Shown in pieces: positions 27,326 through 38,162 of a DNA stretch of 64,000 bases. A program made the translations under genes and the position numbers. The first letter of the stretch is position 1. The number at the start of each line of letters is the position of its first letter. Below the pieces are notes generated by a model. The model did no database searches and was not told the origin of the DNA. It saw nothing but the letters and a program-made list of their open reading frames with translations. Source of the stretch: Sulfolobales archaeon (GTDB lineage Archaea > Thermoproteota > Thermoprotei_A > Sulfolobales > AG1); assembly GCA_038867615.1 (NCBI GenBank), contig JAWBYA010000001.1, positions 512,001-576,000 of the forward strand, read 5' to 3'.

Positions 27326-28384
27326 CTAGGATGAGGTTATGTTAGCATTGAAAGGTACCTCTATCTCCCCAGAGGCTACTTTGCTATGTATCTCCATAGC
27401 CTTTTTACTGATCTCCTCCGGCACGTTTTTGAGCGGGAAGAGCACATATATATCTGTACCGTATTTTAGCTTGTAATAACCGCTTTTCTTACCGTTTGCT
27501 ATCTCCTGGATCACTAGTTTTAAGGCCTTGCCGAAGTCATAGATATATGATGTTATCACATTGTTGGGAGCCATGCTGGATTTATCTGTATACTTCACAG
27601 TGACTAGAACCTTGCCCGGAGCTGACTGCACAGCCTCGAAGATCCCGTAGACCCCTAGATTAACACTAGCAAGGAGGATATCAGCACCAGATGCTATCAA
27701 CGTCTCGGCCACGCTCCTAGCCTTCACAGGATCGTTGAAATCGCCTACCCACACGTATTTAAGCCTAACGCTAGAGTTATAGCTCTTAATAGCCATCAGG
27801 ACAGCGTTCACCTCAGCCTTGCTGAACGGGAGATCTATACCGCCTATATAGCCAATAACACCTGTCTTAGTAACCATAGCTGCCATAGCTCCCAACACAT
27901 AGAATCCTGGGGGAAAGTTCCTGTCAATTATCCACACATTGCTAGGCTGGTCTGCGAGGGGAGAGTCGGTCTCTATTATGAAAACAACGTTCGGGTTTTC
28001 TTTCGCCAGCTTTAGAGCCGCTGCATTGAACTGGGCACCATGACTCCAGATCACGTTATACCCCAGCGAAATATACTCCTGCATAACCCTCTCAGCATCG
28101 GGTACAGCAACCCTCTCCGAGAAAGCAACATCTATACCGAGATCGCCCTTAACGCTCTGGAGAGCGAGATATCCCAGCGTGTTGTAATCGGCATCCTGTA
28201 TAGTTCCGGGGAATATCGCTGCCAACCGGATTTTCTGTTGAGATATAGCAGGGGCTGTGGCTGGTGATGTCATGGTAGGCGACGTCACGGCCCGTGAAAA
28301 CCCGCCGCCTAGGAACAGAAACACTCCTACACCTATTATTATTATTAAAGCCAATACTATACCGAACACATATATTTTGTTCAT
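27326..28384 (-). CDS. BMP-family (nucleoside) ABC substrate-binding protein
   Basis: N-terminal TM helix; FPGTIQDADYN, SHGAQF, TKTGVIGYIGG, VGDFNDPVKA. Confidence 0.88.
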   Translation of the reverse strand: MNKIYVFGIVLALIIIIGVGVFLFLGGGFSRAVTSPTMTSPATAPAISQQKIRLAAIFPGTIQDADYNTLGYLALQSVKGDLGIDVAFSERVAVPDAERVMQEYISLGYNVIWSHGAQFNAAALKLAKENPNVVFIIETDSPLADQPSNVWIIDRNFPPGFYVLGAMAAMVTKTGVIGYIGGIDLPFSKAEVNAVLMAIKSYNSSVRLKYVWVGDFNDPVKARSVAETLIASGADILLASVNLGVYGIFEAVQSAPGKVLVTVKYTDKSSMAPNNVITSYIYDFGKALKLVIQEIANGKKSGYYKLKYGTDIYVLFPLKNVPEEISKKAMEIHSKVASGEIEVPFNANITSS

Positions 28385-28423
28385 TTTAACCCCTTTTGTT
28401 CTTACTGTTGCGGGTAATATAAG

Positions 28424-29950
28424 TTGAACATAGAAATGCTGAACATATCAAAGACATTTGGTTCTTTAAAAGCTCTCGACGGGGTCTCGATCACCATAAA
28501 GTCGGGAGAAGTGCTCGGACTTTTAGGAGAGAATGGGGCTGGGAAGAGCACCCTTATGAACATACTCTTCGGACTATATAGAATGGATTCAGGTGAGATA
28601 AGGATCGATGGCAAGCCTGTTAAGATAAGCTCCCCAAAAGACGCTATAGAGAAAGGGATCTTTATGGTTCACCAGCAGTTCAAACTAATACCTAGCTACA
28701 CAGCGCTGGAGAATATAGTGATAAACATGCATAGAGGGCTCGGATCTCTTACGAGGAGGAATCCTAAGGCTGAGAGGGAGACGGTTGAGAAGATACTGAG
28801 AAGCCTTAACTTCGAAGTACCCTTGGATAGGAGGGTTGATAGCCTATCCCTCGGGACTCAGCAGAAGATCGAGATCCTAAAGGCCTTGGTACGAGGCGCC
28901 AGGGTATTGATACTCGACGAACCGACAACAAACCTAACCCCTGGCGAGGTTGACGAGCTCTTCCAAGCGATAAAAAGACTGAAGGAGAACGGCGTTGGTA
29001 TTGTGTTCATAACCCACAAGCTTAGAGAGGTTCTAGAGATAACCGATAGGATTGTTATTCTTAGGAAGGGGAGGAAGGTTGGGGAGAGGATAACCAGCGC
29101 GGTCTCACCCTCAGAGCTTATAGAACTCATGGTGGGAGCGAGGATGGAGAGCATATACCCTGAACTGCAGCCTACAAAGGGCTATGGGGAGATAGTGCTG
29201 GCGGTAAGGGATCTATGGCTTGTTGAGGGAGGTTTGGCACGGGTTAGAGGGGTATCGTTATCGATCAGGAGGGGCGAGATCTATGGTATAGCTGGTGTTG
29301 CGGGCAATGGTCAGAGCGAGCTGATGGATCTCCTGATAGGCTATAGGCGCCCTTCCAAGGGATATATAGAGCTCGAGGGTAGGGAGATAACAGTCCTAAA
29401 CCCTCTGGAGAGGATCTCCCTCGGTTTGAGATTTATTCCAGAGGATCGGGTGAGGGACGGGGTGCTGCCCTCGATGCCTATATATCTCAACGCGATCTTA
29501 GGTGATCACAGGGCGGCCCCTTATTCAAGAGGCGTGTTTCTAGATATGGAGGCTGTTAGGGAGAGGGCATTAAGGATAGTGAAAACCCTTAGAGTAGACA
29601 CACCAAGCATCTATAAAATAGCTGGAAGGCTTAGTGGGGGAAATCTCCAAAAACTTATCGTGGGTAGAGCGCTCGACACCCTTCCCAAGGTTCTGATAGC
29701 CTATAGCCCCACTAGGGGCTTGGATCTCGCTACATCGAGGTATGTTTTAGAGAGAATAGTTGAGCTGAGGGAGAAAGGAGTGGCGGTGCTATATATTGGA
29801 GAGGATCTTGATGAGCTGCTTAGCATAAGCGATAGGCTTAGCGTGATCTATAAGGGCGAGCTTATGGGTGAGCTTGAGAGGAGCAGGTTCTCGAAAGATC
29901 TTGTGGGGAAGATGATGGCTGGCTATAGATTAGAGGAGGTGGCTGGCTAG
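28424..29950 (+). CDS. Nucleoside/sugar ABC transporter ATPase (two NBDs, NupA-like)
   Basis: GENGAGKSTLM, MVHQQF, ILDEPT, AGVAGNGQSEL, LSGGNLQK. Confidence 0.92.
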   Translation: MNIEMLNISKTFGSLKALDGVSITIKSGEVLGLLGENGAGKSTLMNILFGLYRMDSGEIRIDGKPVKISSPKDAIEKGIFMVHQQFKLIPSYTALENIVINMHRGLGSLTRRNPKAERETVEKILRSLNFEVPLDRRVDSLSLGTQQKIEILKALVRGARVLILDEPTTNLTPGEVDELFQAIKRLKENGVGIVFITHKLREVLEITDRIVILRKGRKVGERITSAVSPSELIELMVGARMESIYPELQPTKGYGEIVLAVRDLWLVEGGLARVRGVSLSIRRGEIYGIAGVAGNGQSELMDLLIGYRRPSKGYIELEGREITVLNPLERISLGLRFIPEDRVRDGVLPSMPIYLNAILGDHRAAPYSRGVFLDMEAVRERALRIVKTLRVDTPSIYKIAGRLSGGNLQKLIVGRALDTLPKVLIAYSPTRGLDLATSRYVLERIVELREKGVAVLYIGEDLDELLSISDRLSVIYKGELMGELERSRFSKDLVGKMMAGYRLEEVAG

Positions 29951-30975
29951 TGGGGGCAGCGGGGGTAATAGATCTGAGGGCTCTTATTTATTACTCCATA
30001 GCCATCCTGGTATCCATAAGCGTTGTTGGAGCCACGCTAGCCATTATGGGGTATGACATTGTCCAGGGCTATGTATCGTTCCTCTTCTCAGGATTCATAG
30101 ATATAAGATCCCTGGGTCTCTTCTCAGTTAAGTTCACATCCCTCTATCTATTGGGGCTGGCGTTTTCAATACCCCTAGCCGCCAGGAGATTCAATGTTGG
30201 TAACGAGGGTCAGTTTCTCCTAGGAGCTATCGGGGCATCTATAGCGGGGATCTTGTTTGGAGACATCCCAGCATTTATACTGATCCCGGCGGTCTTGCTG
30301 TTCTCAGTACTGCTTGGGCTATTATGGTCATCAATCCCGGCCTTGTTGCTATATGTTTTCAAAGTCAACGAGATTGTGTCGACAATCCTTCTCAACTTCA
30401 TAGCATTCCAGCTTGTGAATTACGTAGCCCTCAGCCCCTTGCGCGATGTCTTCGCGGGCCATCCGATGACGATCCCGATATCCGAGTCGGCAAGGCTTTC
30501 AAGTCTTATAGGAGGATCCTCATTAAATGCCGGGCTTTCAATAGCCATAGTGTGTGGGGTTATCATCTATATATACACCTACAGGACCGTATATGGTTAC
30601 GAGCTACAGGCGGCTGGAGCCAACCCTATAGCGGCGTCTAAGCATGGGATAAACGCTAAAGTGCTGGGGCCCATGTCACTAGCAATTGGGGGTGTTTTTG
30701 CAGGCTTAGCAGGAGGTATAGAGGTTGCTGGGTATCACTATAGGCTTATAGAGGGTATGCAGGGCTTCTACGCGCCCCTCTCCATAATAGCAGCCCTTAT
30801 GGCTAAGGGTGATCCCCGGTATCTCTTGCTCTCATCATTCTACGTAACACTGGTTGATATAGGATCGAGCGCTCTTCAGAGAACCCTCGGGGTTCCCGCA
30901 GAGCTCTCTCTAATCATAGCTGGGTTATCAATGCTGCTGATAATGATCGCTGAGTATGTTAAAGAGAGGCGATGA
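29950..30975 (+). CDS. Nucleoside ABC permease (NupB-like)
   Basis: FNVGNEGQ, VNEIVSTILLN, GYELQAAGANP. Confidence 0.9.
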   Translation: MGAAGVIDLRALIYYSIAILVSISVVGATLAIMGYDIVQGYVSFLFSGFIDIRSLGLFSVKFTSLYLLGLAFSIPLAARRFNVGNEGQFLLGAIGASIAGILFGDIPAFILIPAVLLFSVLLGLLWSSIPALLLYVFKVNEIVSTILLNFIAFQLVNYVALSPLRDVFAGHPMTIPISESARLSSLIGGSSLNAGLSIAIVCGVIIYIYTYRTVYGYELQAAGANPIAASKHGINAKVLGPMSLAIGGVFAGLAGGIEVAGYHYRLIEGMQGFYAPLSIIAALMAKGDPRYLLLSSFYVTLVDIGSSALQRTLGVPAELSLIIAGLSMLLIMIAEYVKERR

Positions 30976-31910
30976 TCTTGATGGACGTTGTTGGACAGCT
31001 ACTAGGATATTTAATGCTCATGATACCCCCATATGCTCTAGCAAGTCTAGGCATAATGCTTGGTGGAAGGGTTGGCTTGTTTAATGTGAGCGGTGAGGGC
31101 TTAATGCTGCTCACAGCCAGTATTGCGTTCCTAACAACCTACTATACCGGGAGCGCGGCTCTCGGGGTTCTGAGCAGCCTTGCTGTGGGAGCGCTATTCG
31201 GAGCCGTGTTTGCTGTCTTTTCCGAGAGGTTGAAGATTAATCAATTCATAGTAGGGCTAACCATGTTCATACTAGCTCTAGGACTTGGTAGCTTTCTCTA
31301 TAAGATATTGATAGGAGTGGTTCTCACACCCCCCAGGATAGGGGTTCTGCCAGGACTCCCAATACCTCTTCTAGCCGATATCCCGGTGGTAGGTCAGGCT
31401 ATATTTGCCCAGAATATCCTGGTATATATAACGATAGTGATAGCCCTAGCCCTACACTACTTCCTATTCTCAACAGGGTTTGGGCTTAGCGTGAGATCTA
31501 TAGGGGAGTCACCGAGGGTTGCCGATGTTCTTGGTGTTAATGTAATGCTATATAGATACCTATTCACAATAATGGGGGGCATGTTGATCGGACTGGCTGG
31601 GGCATATCTACCCCTGTGCTTCACAGGCTCGTTTACAGACACCATTGTTGGGGGTAGGGGTTGGATAGCAATAGCGATAACGATTTTTGGTAGGTGGAGC
31701 CCTCTACAGATCCTGCTGGGATCCATGGTGTTCGGCGGCATAGATGTTATTAACTACTGGTTACAGGTGCAGAGGGTACCAATACCATATCAATTCCTAC
31801 AGATGCTGCCCTTCGCGGTAACTCTCGCAATACTTATTAGAATCTCTAGGAGGGCTGAGATGCCACTGGCCATTGGCAGGGCTTATGATAGAGAGGCGAT
31901 AGAGGAATAA
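30972..31910 (+). CDS. Nucleoside ABC permease (NupC-like)
   Basis: GLFNVSGEGLML, RSIGESP, GRGWIAIA, MLPFAVT. Confidence 0.9.
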   Translation: MILMDVVGQLLGYLMLMIPPYALASLGIMLGGRVGLFNVSGEGLMLLTASIAFLTTYYTGSAALGVLSSLAVGALFGAVFAVFSERLKINQFIVGLTMFILALGLGSFLYKILIGVVLTPPRIGVLPGLPIPLLADIPVVGQAIFAQNILVYITIVIALALHYFLFSTGFGLSVRSIGESPRVADVLGVNVMLYRYLFTIMGGMLIGLAGAYLPLCFTGSFTDTIVGGRGWIAIAITIFGRWSPLQILLGSMVFGGIDVINYWLQVQRVPIPYQFLQMLPFAVTLAILIRISRRAEMPLAIGRAYDREAIEE

Positions 31911-31936
31911 GGGATTTGGAACCGTGTGGGCTATAC

Positions 31937-32257
31937 CTAGCACTCCCTAACCTCTATCCCAATACCCCTGGTTATGATCTCTCTGACTATATATTCTATA
32001 TCGCTTTCAACACCTCTTTTCTTTAAAAAGACAACCTCGTGCCCCCTATGGATCATCTCGTGGGCCAGGTTAGCGATAGAATATATAAGGTAATCCCTAC
32101 CTTCACTGCTTACATATTGCAGGGGCGGCACCACCTGGAAGCCATAGCCTTTCTCCATATAGTCTTTCACAACCTCTCTGCATTCTCTCCACTCTATACT
32201 GGATAGGAAGAGACTCTTCCTGGATCTCTTGTCATGCTGATATATATCTGTGCTCAT
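31937..32257 (-). CDS. Small protein, possible degenerate paralog of the upstream TudS-like protein
   Basis: ATGA overlap with the upstream gene. Segments KRSRKSLFLSS, DYMEKGYGFQVVPP and LAHEMIHRGHEVV parallel TudS-like motifs but lack the motif Cys residues. Confidence 0.6.
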   Translation of the reverse strand: MSTDIYQHDKRSRKSLFLSSIEWRECREVVKDYMEKGYGFQVVPPLQYVSSEGRDYLIYSIANLAHEMIHRGHEVVFLKKRGVESDIEYIVREIITRGIGIEVREC

Positions 32258-32883
32258 TGATCCTTGCCCTCAAAGATCCTGATGGTTTGTTCCAAGGCCT
32301 TCTCAGGATTTGAGCTATGTTCAGGAAGTTCTGGAACCCTGTATCGCGGGTATATCAGCGCCGGCGGGATCTCATGCTTACTATATGGTATGCCCATCTC
32401 TTCCAACGCCTTCTCCAACTCCTCGATAAACACTCCTCTACCCCTAGCCACGGGTGGTGATAATCCCACGTCGAAGGGCTTTCCTCCCCAGCTGGGATCT
32501 GATTGTACGTAGAACACACCGCTTGTTGGGCTTAGGCTGAGGCCCACGATCGCTATTCTATAGCCGTTGTCATGGTACTTCTTAGCGATCTCGGCCGCCG
32601 CTTTGGCAAGTTTTCTACAATGAAGTCTATATGGGGCACTATCATAGAGCTCTTTGGTGAACCACCACCTCTTAAGCCCCACAAAAACAGCCTCGGGACA
32701 GGGGACCTGCAGGAACTCGTGCTCCTCCTCCATAAGCTTCTCAGCAACAGGTTCTATAGATCCCATGTGGATCGCTATCCCAGGCGCTCTAGTATTCATA
32801 TTCAATATGCAGTTCATAAGTATGAAAAGTGTTTTCCCCAACCATGGCACCACAGGATCTATGCGGAACCAATATATATACAT
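32254..32883 (-). CDS. DUF523/TudS-related (CD3072-like) Fe-S protein
   Basis: NCILNMN, QVPCPE, KELYD..YRLHC, SPTSGV, GRGVFIEEL; probable start TTG at 32841. Confidence 0.75.
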   Translation of the reverse strand: MYIYWFRIDPVVPWLGKTLFILMNCILNMNTRAPGIAIHMGSIEPVAEKLMEEEHEFLQVPCPEAVFVGLKRWWFTKELYDSAPYRLHCRKLAKAAAEIAKKYHDNGYRIAIVGLSLSPTSGVFYVQSDPSWGGKPFDVGLSPPVARGRGVFIEELEKALEEMGIPYSKHEIPPALIYPRYRVPELPEHSSNPEKALEQTIRIFEGKDQ

Positions 32884-33246
32884 CCACGATCCTGTTAAGA
32901 GGCATAAGCTGCTCAGCCAAGCTCGGTGTAATATCTAGCTCATCGCTAGTGATGATACAACCCCTAGGGGTATTTAGAAAACAAAATAAAAAGAGGATCT
33001 AGGGCTGTAGCTATGTCTATTCTATCAGCTATGAACGATAATATCTGTATTTCTATTGGCGAGGTTGATTTTAACCTAGGGCTTCTGTTTGCCTTAACCA
33101 TAGAGCCGAGGCGTTTCGAGCACTAGTGTGGATGGTCGTCTGTTAAGGTTGATCGGTATAGATGGGGTTCGCCTATATATACATTCTCTGCGGATCAAAG
33201 TTCTTAATAAAGATCTTGGCTGTTGTGATATAGATCCATTTAAGGA

Positions 33247-34275
33247 TTACCATGGGAGTGTGTAGTTCTCAAGCCTTCCTGTTAGGGCCATTCTAGCCTC
33301 TGCCGGTGTGAGGACTGGTTTGTGGAAATCGTCTAGATCGTCTGTCGGTATTCTGGGGCATGCTAGGATTACATAGGCATCTATCTCCTGTCTATCCATG
33401 TTTAGGAGAGTCTCTCTGGTTATCACACTTGCTATGATCTCTATAGCTCTTCCGCCCCTCTTCTCTATAAGGCTTCTCAAGTAACCCCTATACCAGGGTC
33501 TGCCCTGCCCCTTGATACCGTCTATCAGGACCCATGTTTTTGCATCCATAGCCTTCTGGATCATGTAGAGCCTCTTCCTAAGGATCTTCTCAACCTCCTG
33601 CGTTAGATCCACGGCTCTCCCCTCATAAGGATCGATCTTTACCAAGGGCTTCCCAGGAATAGCGAGCCCTAGTCCGAGTGCGTGGAAAACGCCCCCAGAG
33701 ATCACTACATAGGCGTCAACCACGCTCCTCACGGAATATGGTTTTGAGTAGTCACACCCAACGATCCCGGGACCCCCGCTGTGGATCAAGACCTCGAAGT
33801 GTTTTGAAAGGATCTCAGCAACCCTGGGGACTTGCCTAGCATGCTGTATGGTTGAGAAGAGGGCAATCCTCTTAACACCCCTCCCACGAAGGATCTCGAT
33901 AGCCTGGTTAACAACCTCCTCAGAGACATCTAGCAAGCTATAGGCTGGGATGAAGAGCGTTCTAAACCCGGGTTTGTAGAACAGATACTCAACATGCCCT
34001 ATATGAACCAAGAGATCAAAACCTCCCTGGAGGGCCTCGGCATCGTCTAGAACACATGCGCCCCACGAGGGCGATGCTGAGAAGACGATCTCAACCCCGC
34101 CTAGTCTTTTCCTAAGCTCCTCGTCTATATATGGGATCAGGGGTTTGAGACCATCGGGCAGCTGGATCAAGATCCTCTTGGCCGAGATCCTCCTAACCTC
34201 CTCGACAATCCTATCGATCTCGAGATCATAGCCTATCTCAACAACATTGCCTGAGACACTAGATCTCACGGGCAT
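33247..34275 (-). CDS. dph2: Diphthamide biosynthesis protein Dph2
   Basis: IQLPDGLK, WGAC, HIGH, STIQH, IVGCD, GVFHALG, ACPRIPTDD. Confidence 0.92.
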   Translation of the reverse strand: MPVRSSVSGNVVEIGYDLEIDRIVEEVRRISAKRILIQLPDGLKPLIPYIDEELRKRLGGVEIVFSASPSWGACVLDDAEALQGGFDLLVHIGHVEYLFYKPGFRTLFIPAYSLLDVSEEVVNQAIEILRGRGVKRIALFSTIQHARQVPRVAEILSKHFEVLIHSGGPGIVGCDYSKPYSVRSVVDAYVVISGGVFHALGLGLAIPGKPLVKIDPYEGRAVDLTQEVEKILRKRLYMIQKAMDAKTWVLIDGIKGQGRPWYRGYLRSLIEKRGGRAIEIIASVITRETLLNMDRQEIDAYVILACPRIPTDDLDDFHKPVLTPAEARMALTGRLENYTLPW

Positions 34276-34386
34276 CGCCTCACAGGGATCTTTATACTCA
34301 TCGCGGCACCAGTTAATTAACCACTAGGTGGCATTTATCTCGCAACCATGGATCTCTAAATAATAGACTGTATAGATGGATCCGGA

Positions 34387-35391
34387 CTAGGTGTGGGTTC
34401 TAGCATAGAACTGGGAGATCTCTCTCCAGGTCTCCTCATCAAGCTCTATACCCTCTCTAACCCTCTCCCTATATTTTCTCTCCTCAGGCTCTCCTGGGAT
34501 CATGACCTCGCTATGGCCTTTCGCTGGCGGTGTGTTCTTTATAGTTTTTATCAGCATCTCTATTTTTGATAGATATTCCTCTCTATCTAGTAGTCTTGAC
34601 GGGTCGAGGGCTGCTACTATGAATCCCCCCTGCCTCATCGATCCCGCGGGTACTTCTACGCTTAGAATACCGCCCCCAAGGATTCCTGCTAGGATCTCTA
34701 CTACGAGGGATAGTGCGTATCCCTTGTATCCCCCGAAGGGTAGGAGGGCATAGAGCGAATTCGGATCTCTCGTGATCTCTCCCTTCTCATCTATAGCAAC
34801 ACCCTCAGGCAGGATCTCTCTTTTCCTCGAAGCAACTATTGCTTTGAAATGGGCTATAGCGCTTGTAGCCATATCGATCACTATGGGCTCGCCCCTCGTG
34901 GGGAATGATATGCTGAAGGGATTAGTGCCGAAAACAGGTTTAGCCCCTCCCCAAGGGGTTACCATGGGGTTAGCATTGGTTGCTGCAAACCCTATAAACC
35001 CCTCCCTAGCGATCATCGAGGTGTAGTATGCAAGCATACCAACATGCCCTAGGTTGCCGCATCCAAGCACCCCTACCCCGTACTCCCTAGCCCTCTCGAT
35101 AACAAGCATTGTTGCCTTATAGGCTACAGGTATTCCGAGGCAGCTGTTCCCATCAGCCTTAATGAATGCACCGCCATCCCTCAGGATCGATAGATCCCCG
35201 CAGGGCTTCATAAACCCCTTCTCAATAGCATCGAGATAATACCTAACCCTAACTACGCCATGGCTATCGACGCCTCTTAGATTCGCTGTGACAAGGTGAT
35301 CCGCTATGATCGATGCATCCTCACCCCTGAACCCCGCTTTAACAAATATCTCTCTAACCATGCTCCTCAGGGTCTCATGATCTATCCTCAA
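34387..35391 (-). CDS. Ldh_2-family oxidoreductase (malate/L-sulfolactate/ureidoglycolate dehydrogenase type)
   Basis: LRGVDSHGV, GHVGML, FGTNP, DMATS, GGYKGYAL, IPGEPE. Confidence 0.9.
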   Translation of the reverse strand: MRIDHETLRSMVREIFVKAGFRGEDASIIADHLVTANLRGVDSHGVVRVRYYLDAIEKGFMKPCGDLSILRDGGAFIKADGNSCLGIPVAYKATMLVIERAREYGVGVLGCGNLGHVGMLAYYTSMIAREGFIGFAATNANPMVTPWGGAKPVFGTNPFSISFPTRGEPIVIDMATSAIAHFKAIVASRKREILPEGVAIDEKGEITRDPNSLYALLPFGGYKGYALSLVVEILAGILGGGILSVEVPAGSMRQGGFIVAALDPSRLLDREEYLSKIEMLIKTIKNTPPAKGHSEVMIPGEPEERKYRERVREGIELDEETWREISQFYARTHT

Positions 35392-35692
35392 AGGGGCACC
35401 CGTGATAGTAATAAGGGCGTTCTTAATATAGTTGTAGGATCTATCGGGGTTGTTTATTTAGAGAGTGCTATAATATTTTAAAAGAACCATGCCGCCATGC
35501 CCTATGAGCGGGGTGTTTTCTTCGTCGATGCTACTAGACCGTGGTGGAAAGACTTTTAGGCTATCTGGGGATGATCTCCATCTAGATAGAGCCCAACGCT
35601 ATTAAGCTCAGCAGTATTTGTATATATAATTTGTATATCTAGCGGGATTTCTATCCCTGTCTATTGAAGGGAAATATATTGCCCTAGCCGAA

Positions 35693-36964
35693 ATGTTTGT
35701 GGTGCTCTTGGTGGAGTGGAGGATCAAGGATCCTTCTCTAGCGAAGCAGGGTAAGGTTCAGATTGAGTGGGCTGAGAGGCACATGCCTGTTGTGATGAAG
35801 ATTAGGGAGAGATTCTCTAGAGAGAAACCCCTCTCCGGGATCAGGATATCTGCTGTTCTCCATGTAACTAAAGAGACCGGGGCTTTGGTGAGAACCCTTG
35901 CCTCTGGAGGGGCTGAGGTCTGGCTGGCAGGATCTAATCCTCTCTCGACGCAGGATGATGTTGCTGCAGCCCTCGTTGAGGATGGGATCCATGTTTTTGC
36001 TTGGAGGGGCCAGGGTTCTGATGAGTATTGGTGGTGCATCGATAGAATTATAGAGGCTTCGCCCCACGTGGTTATGGATGACGGTGCTGATCTCCATGCC
36101 AGGCTTCACACGACGAGGAGAGATCTTGCTAGAAAGATCCTTGGTGGGAGTGAGGAGACAACCACAGGTGTTATGAGGCTTAGGGCCATGGAGAAGGAGG
36201 GGGTTCTCCAATACCCCGTGATAGCGGTTAACAACGCTCTAACCAAATACCTCTTCGACAATAGGTACGGGACTGGGCAGTCAACAATAGACGGGATCCT
36301 GAGGGCTACCAACATACTCCTGGCAGGAAAAACCGTGGTTGTTGCTGGCTACGGGTGGGTTGGTAGGGGTATTGCTATGAGGGCTAGGGGTATGGGGGCT
36401 AGGGTTGTTGTGGTTGAGGTCGACCCTATAAGGGCCCTCGAAGCCCTCATGGATGGGTATGAGGTTATGAGCATGTCTAAAGCCGCAGGGATCGGGGATA
36501 TCTTTATAACGGCTACAGGGAATAGGGATGTTATTAGGACTGAGCATTTCGAGCATATGAAGGACGGGGCTTTCCTAGCAAATGCCGGGCACTTCAATGT
36601 AGAGGTCTCTGTAGAGGATCTCGAGAGGATCTCTGCCTCGAAGAGGGTTCTGAGAAACTATGTAACAGAATATACCCTAAAGAATGGTAAGAAGCTATAC
36701 CTACTCGCTGAGGGGAGGCTCGTCAACCTAGTAGCAGCCGAGGGCCACCCAAGCGAGGTTATGGATATGAGCTTCGCAAACCAAGCCCTCTCAGTAGAAT
36801 ACCTGGTTAAGAATAGGGGGAAGCTCGGGCCAAGAGTATATAACGTTCCCCAAGAGATAGACATGGAAGTGGCAAGGCTAAAGCTAGCCTCGCTAGGGAT
36901 AGAGCTCGAGGAGCTTACAGAAGAGCAGAAGAGATACCTAGCACAGTGGGCCGAGGGAACATAG
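35693..36964 (+). CDS. ahcY: Adenosylhomocysteinase
   Basis: [51 protein letters not shown]. Confidence 0.96.
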   Translation: MFVVLLVEWRIKDPSLAKQGKVQIEWAERHMPVVMKIRERFSREKPLSGIRISAVLHVTKETGALVRTLASGGAEVWLAGSNPLSTQDDVAAALVEDGIHVFAWRGQGSDEYWWCIDRIIEASPHVVMDDGADLHARLHTTRRDLARKILGGSEETTTGVMRLRAMEKEGVLQYPVIAVNNALTKYLFDNRYGTGQSTIDGILRATNILLAGKTVVVAGYGWVGRGIAMRARGMGARVVVVEVDPIRALEALMDGYEVMSMSKAAGIGDIFITATGNRDVIRTEHFEHMKDGAFLANAGHFNVEVSVEDLERISASKRVLRNYVTEYTLKNGKKLYLLAEGRLVNLVAAEGHPSEVMDMSFANQALSVEYLVKNRGKLGPRVYNVPQEIDMEVARLKLASLGIELEELTEEQKRYLAQWAEGT

Positions 36965-37036
36965 GATCCCAAAGGATGACGCTTATAAGCGTGGAAAGGG
37001 CTATATACAATCGACCGTAGTGTGCGGTGAATCTCC

Positions 37037-37375
37037 ATGAGCCTCATCTTCTGCCCCCAATGCGGATCACTACTCCAGCCGGTGGGAGCGGGTACCCTCA
37101 AATGCCCCAAATGTGGATATACAAAGAACGTTGAGAATCCCGGGGGCTTGGTCATAACATCGACGAAGATCAAGCACAAATCCAGCGAGAAGATCCTCGT
37201 AATAGAGGATAGCAAGCCAAACACAAACCTACCAAGAACAAGGGATACCAGGTGCCCCAAATGCGGATATGACGAAGCGGAATACTGGTTCCTACAGACG
37301 AGAAGAGCCGACGAACCCCCAACGAGGTTTTATAAATGTGTTAAATGCGGCCATGTGTGGAGAGAATACGAATAG
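37037..37375 (+). CDS. tfs: Transcription factor S
   Basis: Two Zn ribbons; QTRRADEPPTRFYKC. Confidence 0.93.
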   Translation: MSLIFCPQCGSLLQPVGAGTLKCPKCGYTKNVENPGGLVITSTKIKHKSSEKILVIEDSKPNTNLPRTRDTRCPKCGYDEAEYWFLQTRRADEPPTRFYKCVKCGHVWREYE

Positions 37376-37389
37376 ATCTTCCAAGCCTG

Positions 37390-38100
37390 CTATAGTCTTA
37401 AAAGCCTCCCCAAACCATCGATCCTCTCTCTAATCCCCAACCCTCTGAGAGAAGCCCATAGCGATGCCTGGTTGCTTGTGACAACAGGGATCCCTAGGTC
37501 TTTTTCCAGAGGCTCTATAACCTCGAATGTTCTTAGATTAGTGCAGCTTATGAAGAGACCCTCGGCTCCCTCTCTATATAGGGATCTTGCGAATCTATAT
37601 ACCTCGTAGGGAGAGATCCTGCCTATATCTGTGTTTCTCCTAACCCCCATACCCTTGATCAACAGCACCTCCAGACCATGGGCCTCGAGAAACCTCCTCT
37701 CAGCATAGTTGATCTCATCTATATATGGTGTTGCAACCACAACCCTCTTCACACCCAGAACCTCTAGAGCCTCGATGACAGCTGTTGCTGTAGCTACTAC
37801 AGGCTTGCCAGTAGCCTCGTAGATCTTGCCCGCGATAGCCTTATCAAACCCGGGGCCTCCCACCAGGCTTCCGCTTGTGCATCCATAGAGTATTAGATCA
37901 ACATCCGCGTCTACAAGCTCTTGCGAGGCTCTCAGCGAGTGTTTCTCCATCTCTAAGAGCGACTCTATGGTAACCTCTCTGAGAGGGATCCTGGATGTAT
38001 GTATCGATACTCCCTGCGGGATTGCTCTATATAGCTCTGGCTCCATGGTGGTGTTCGAAGAAGGTACTATGAGCCCTATTCTCGCCCTCCACCCGTGCAT
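37390..38100 (-). CDS. Maleate cis-trans isomerase/arylmalonate decarboxylase (Asp/Glu racemase) family
   Basis: IGLIVPSSNTTME, YGCTSGS, TPY, ISCTNL, PVVTSNQA. Confidence 0.88.
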   Translation of the reverse strand: MHGWRARIGLIVPSSNTTMEPELYRAIPQGVSIHTSRIPLREVTIESLLEMEKHSLRASQELVDADVDLILYGCTSGSLVGGPGFDKAIAGKIYEATGKPVVATATAVIEALEVLGVKRVVVATPYIDEINYAERRFLEAHGLEVLLIKGMGVRRNTDIGRISPYEVYRFARSLYREGAEGLFISCTNLRTFEVIEPLEKDLGIPVVTSNQASLWASLRGLGIRERIDGLGRLLRL

Positions 38101-38162
38101 AATACTCCCAATAACATTATATAACTATAAAGTATATATAAACCCCCTAATACTAAAGGTTA

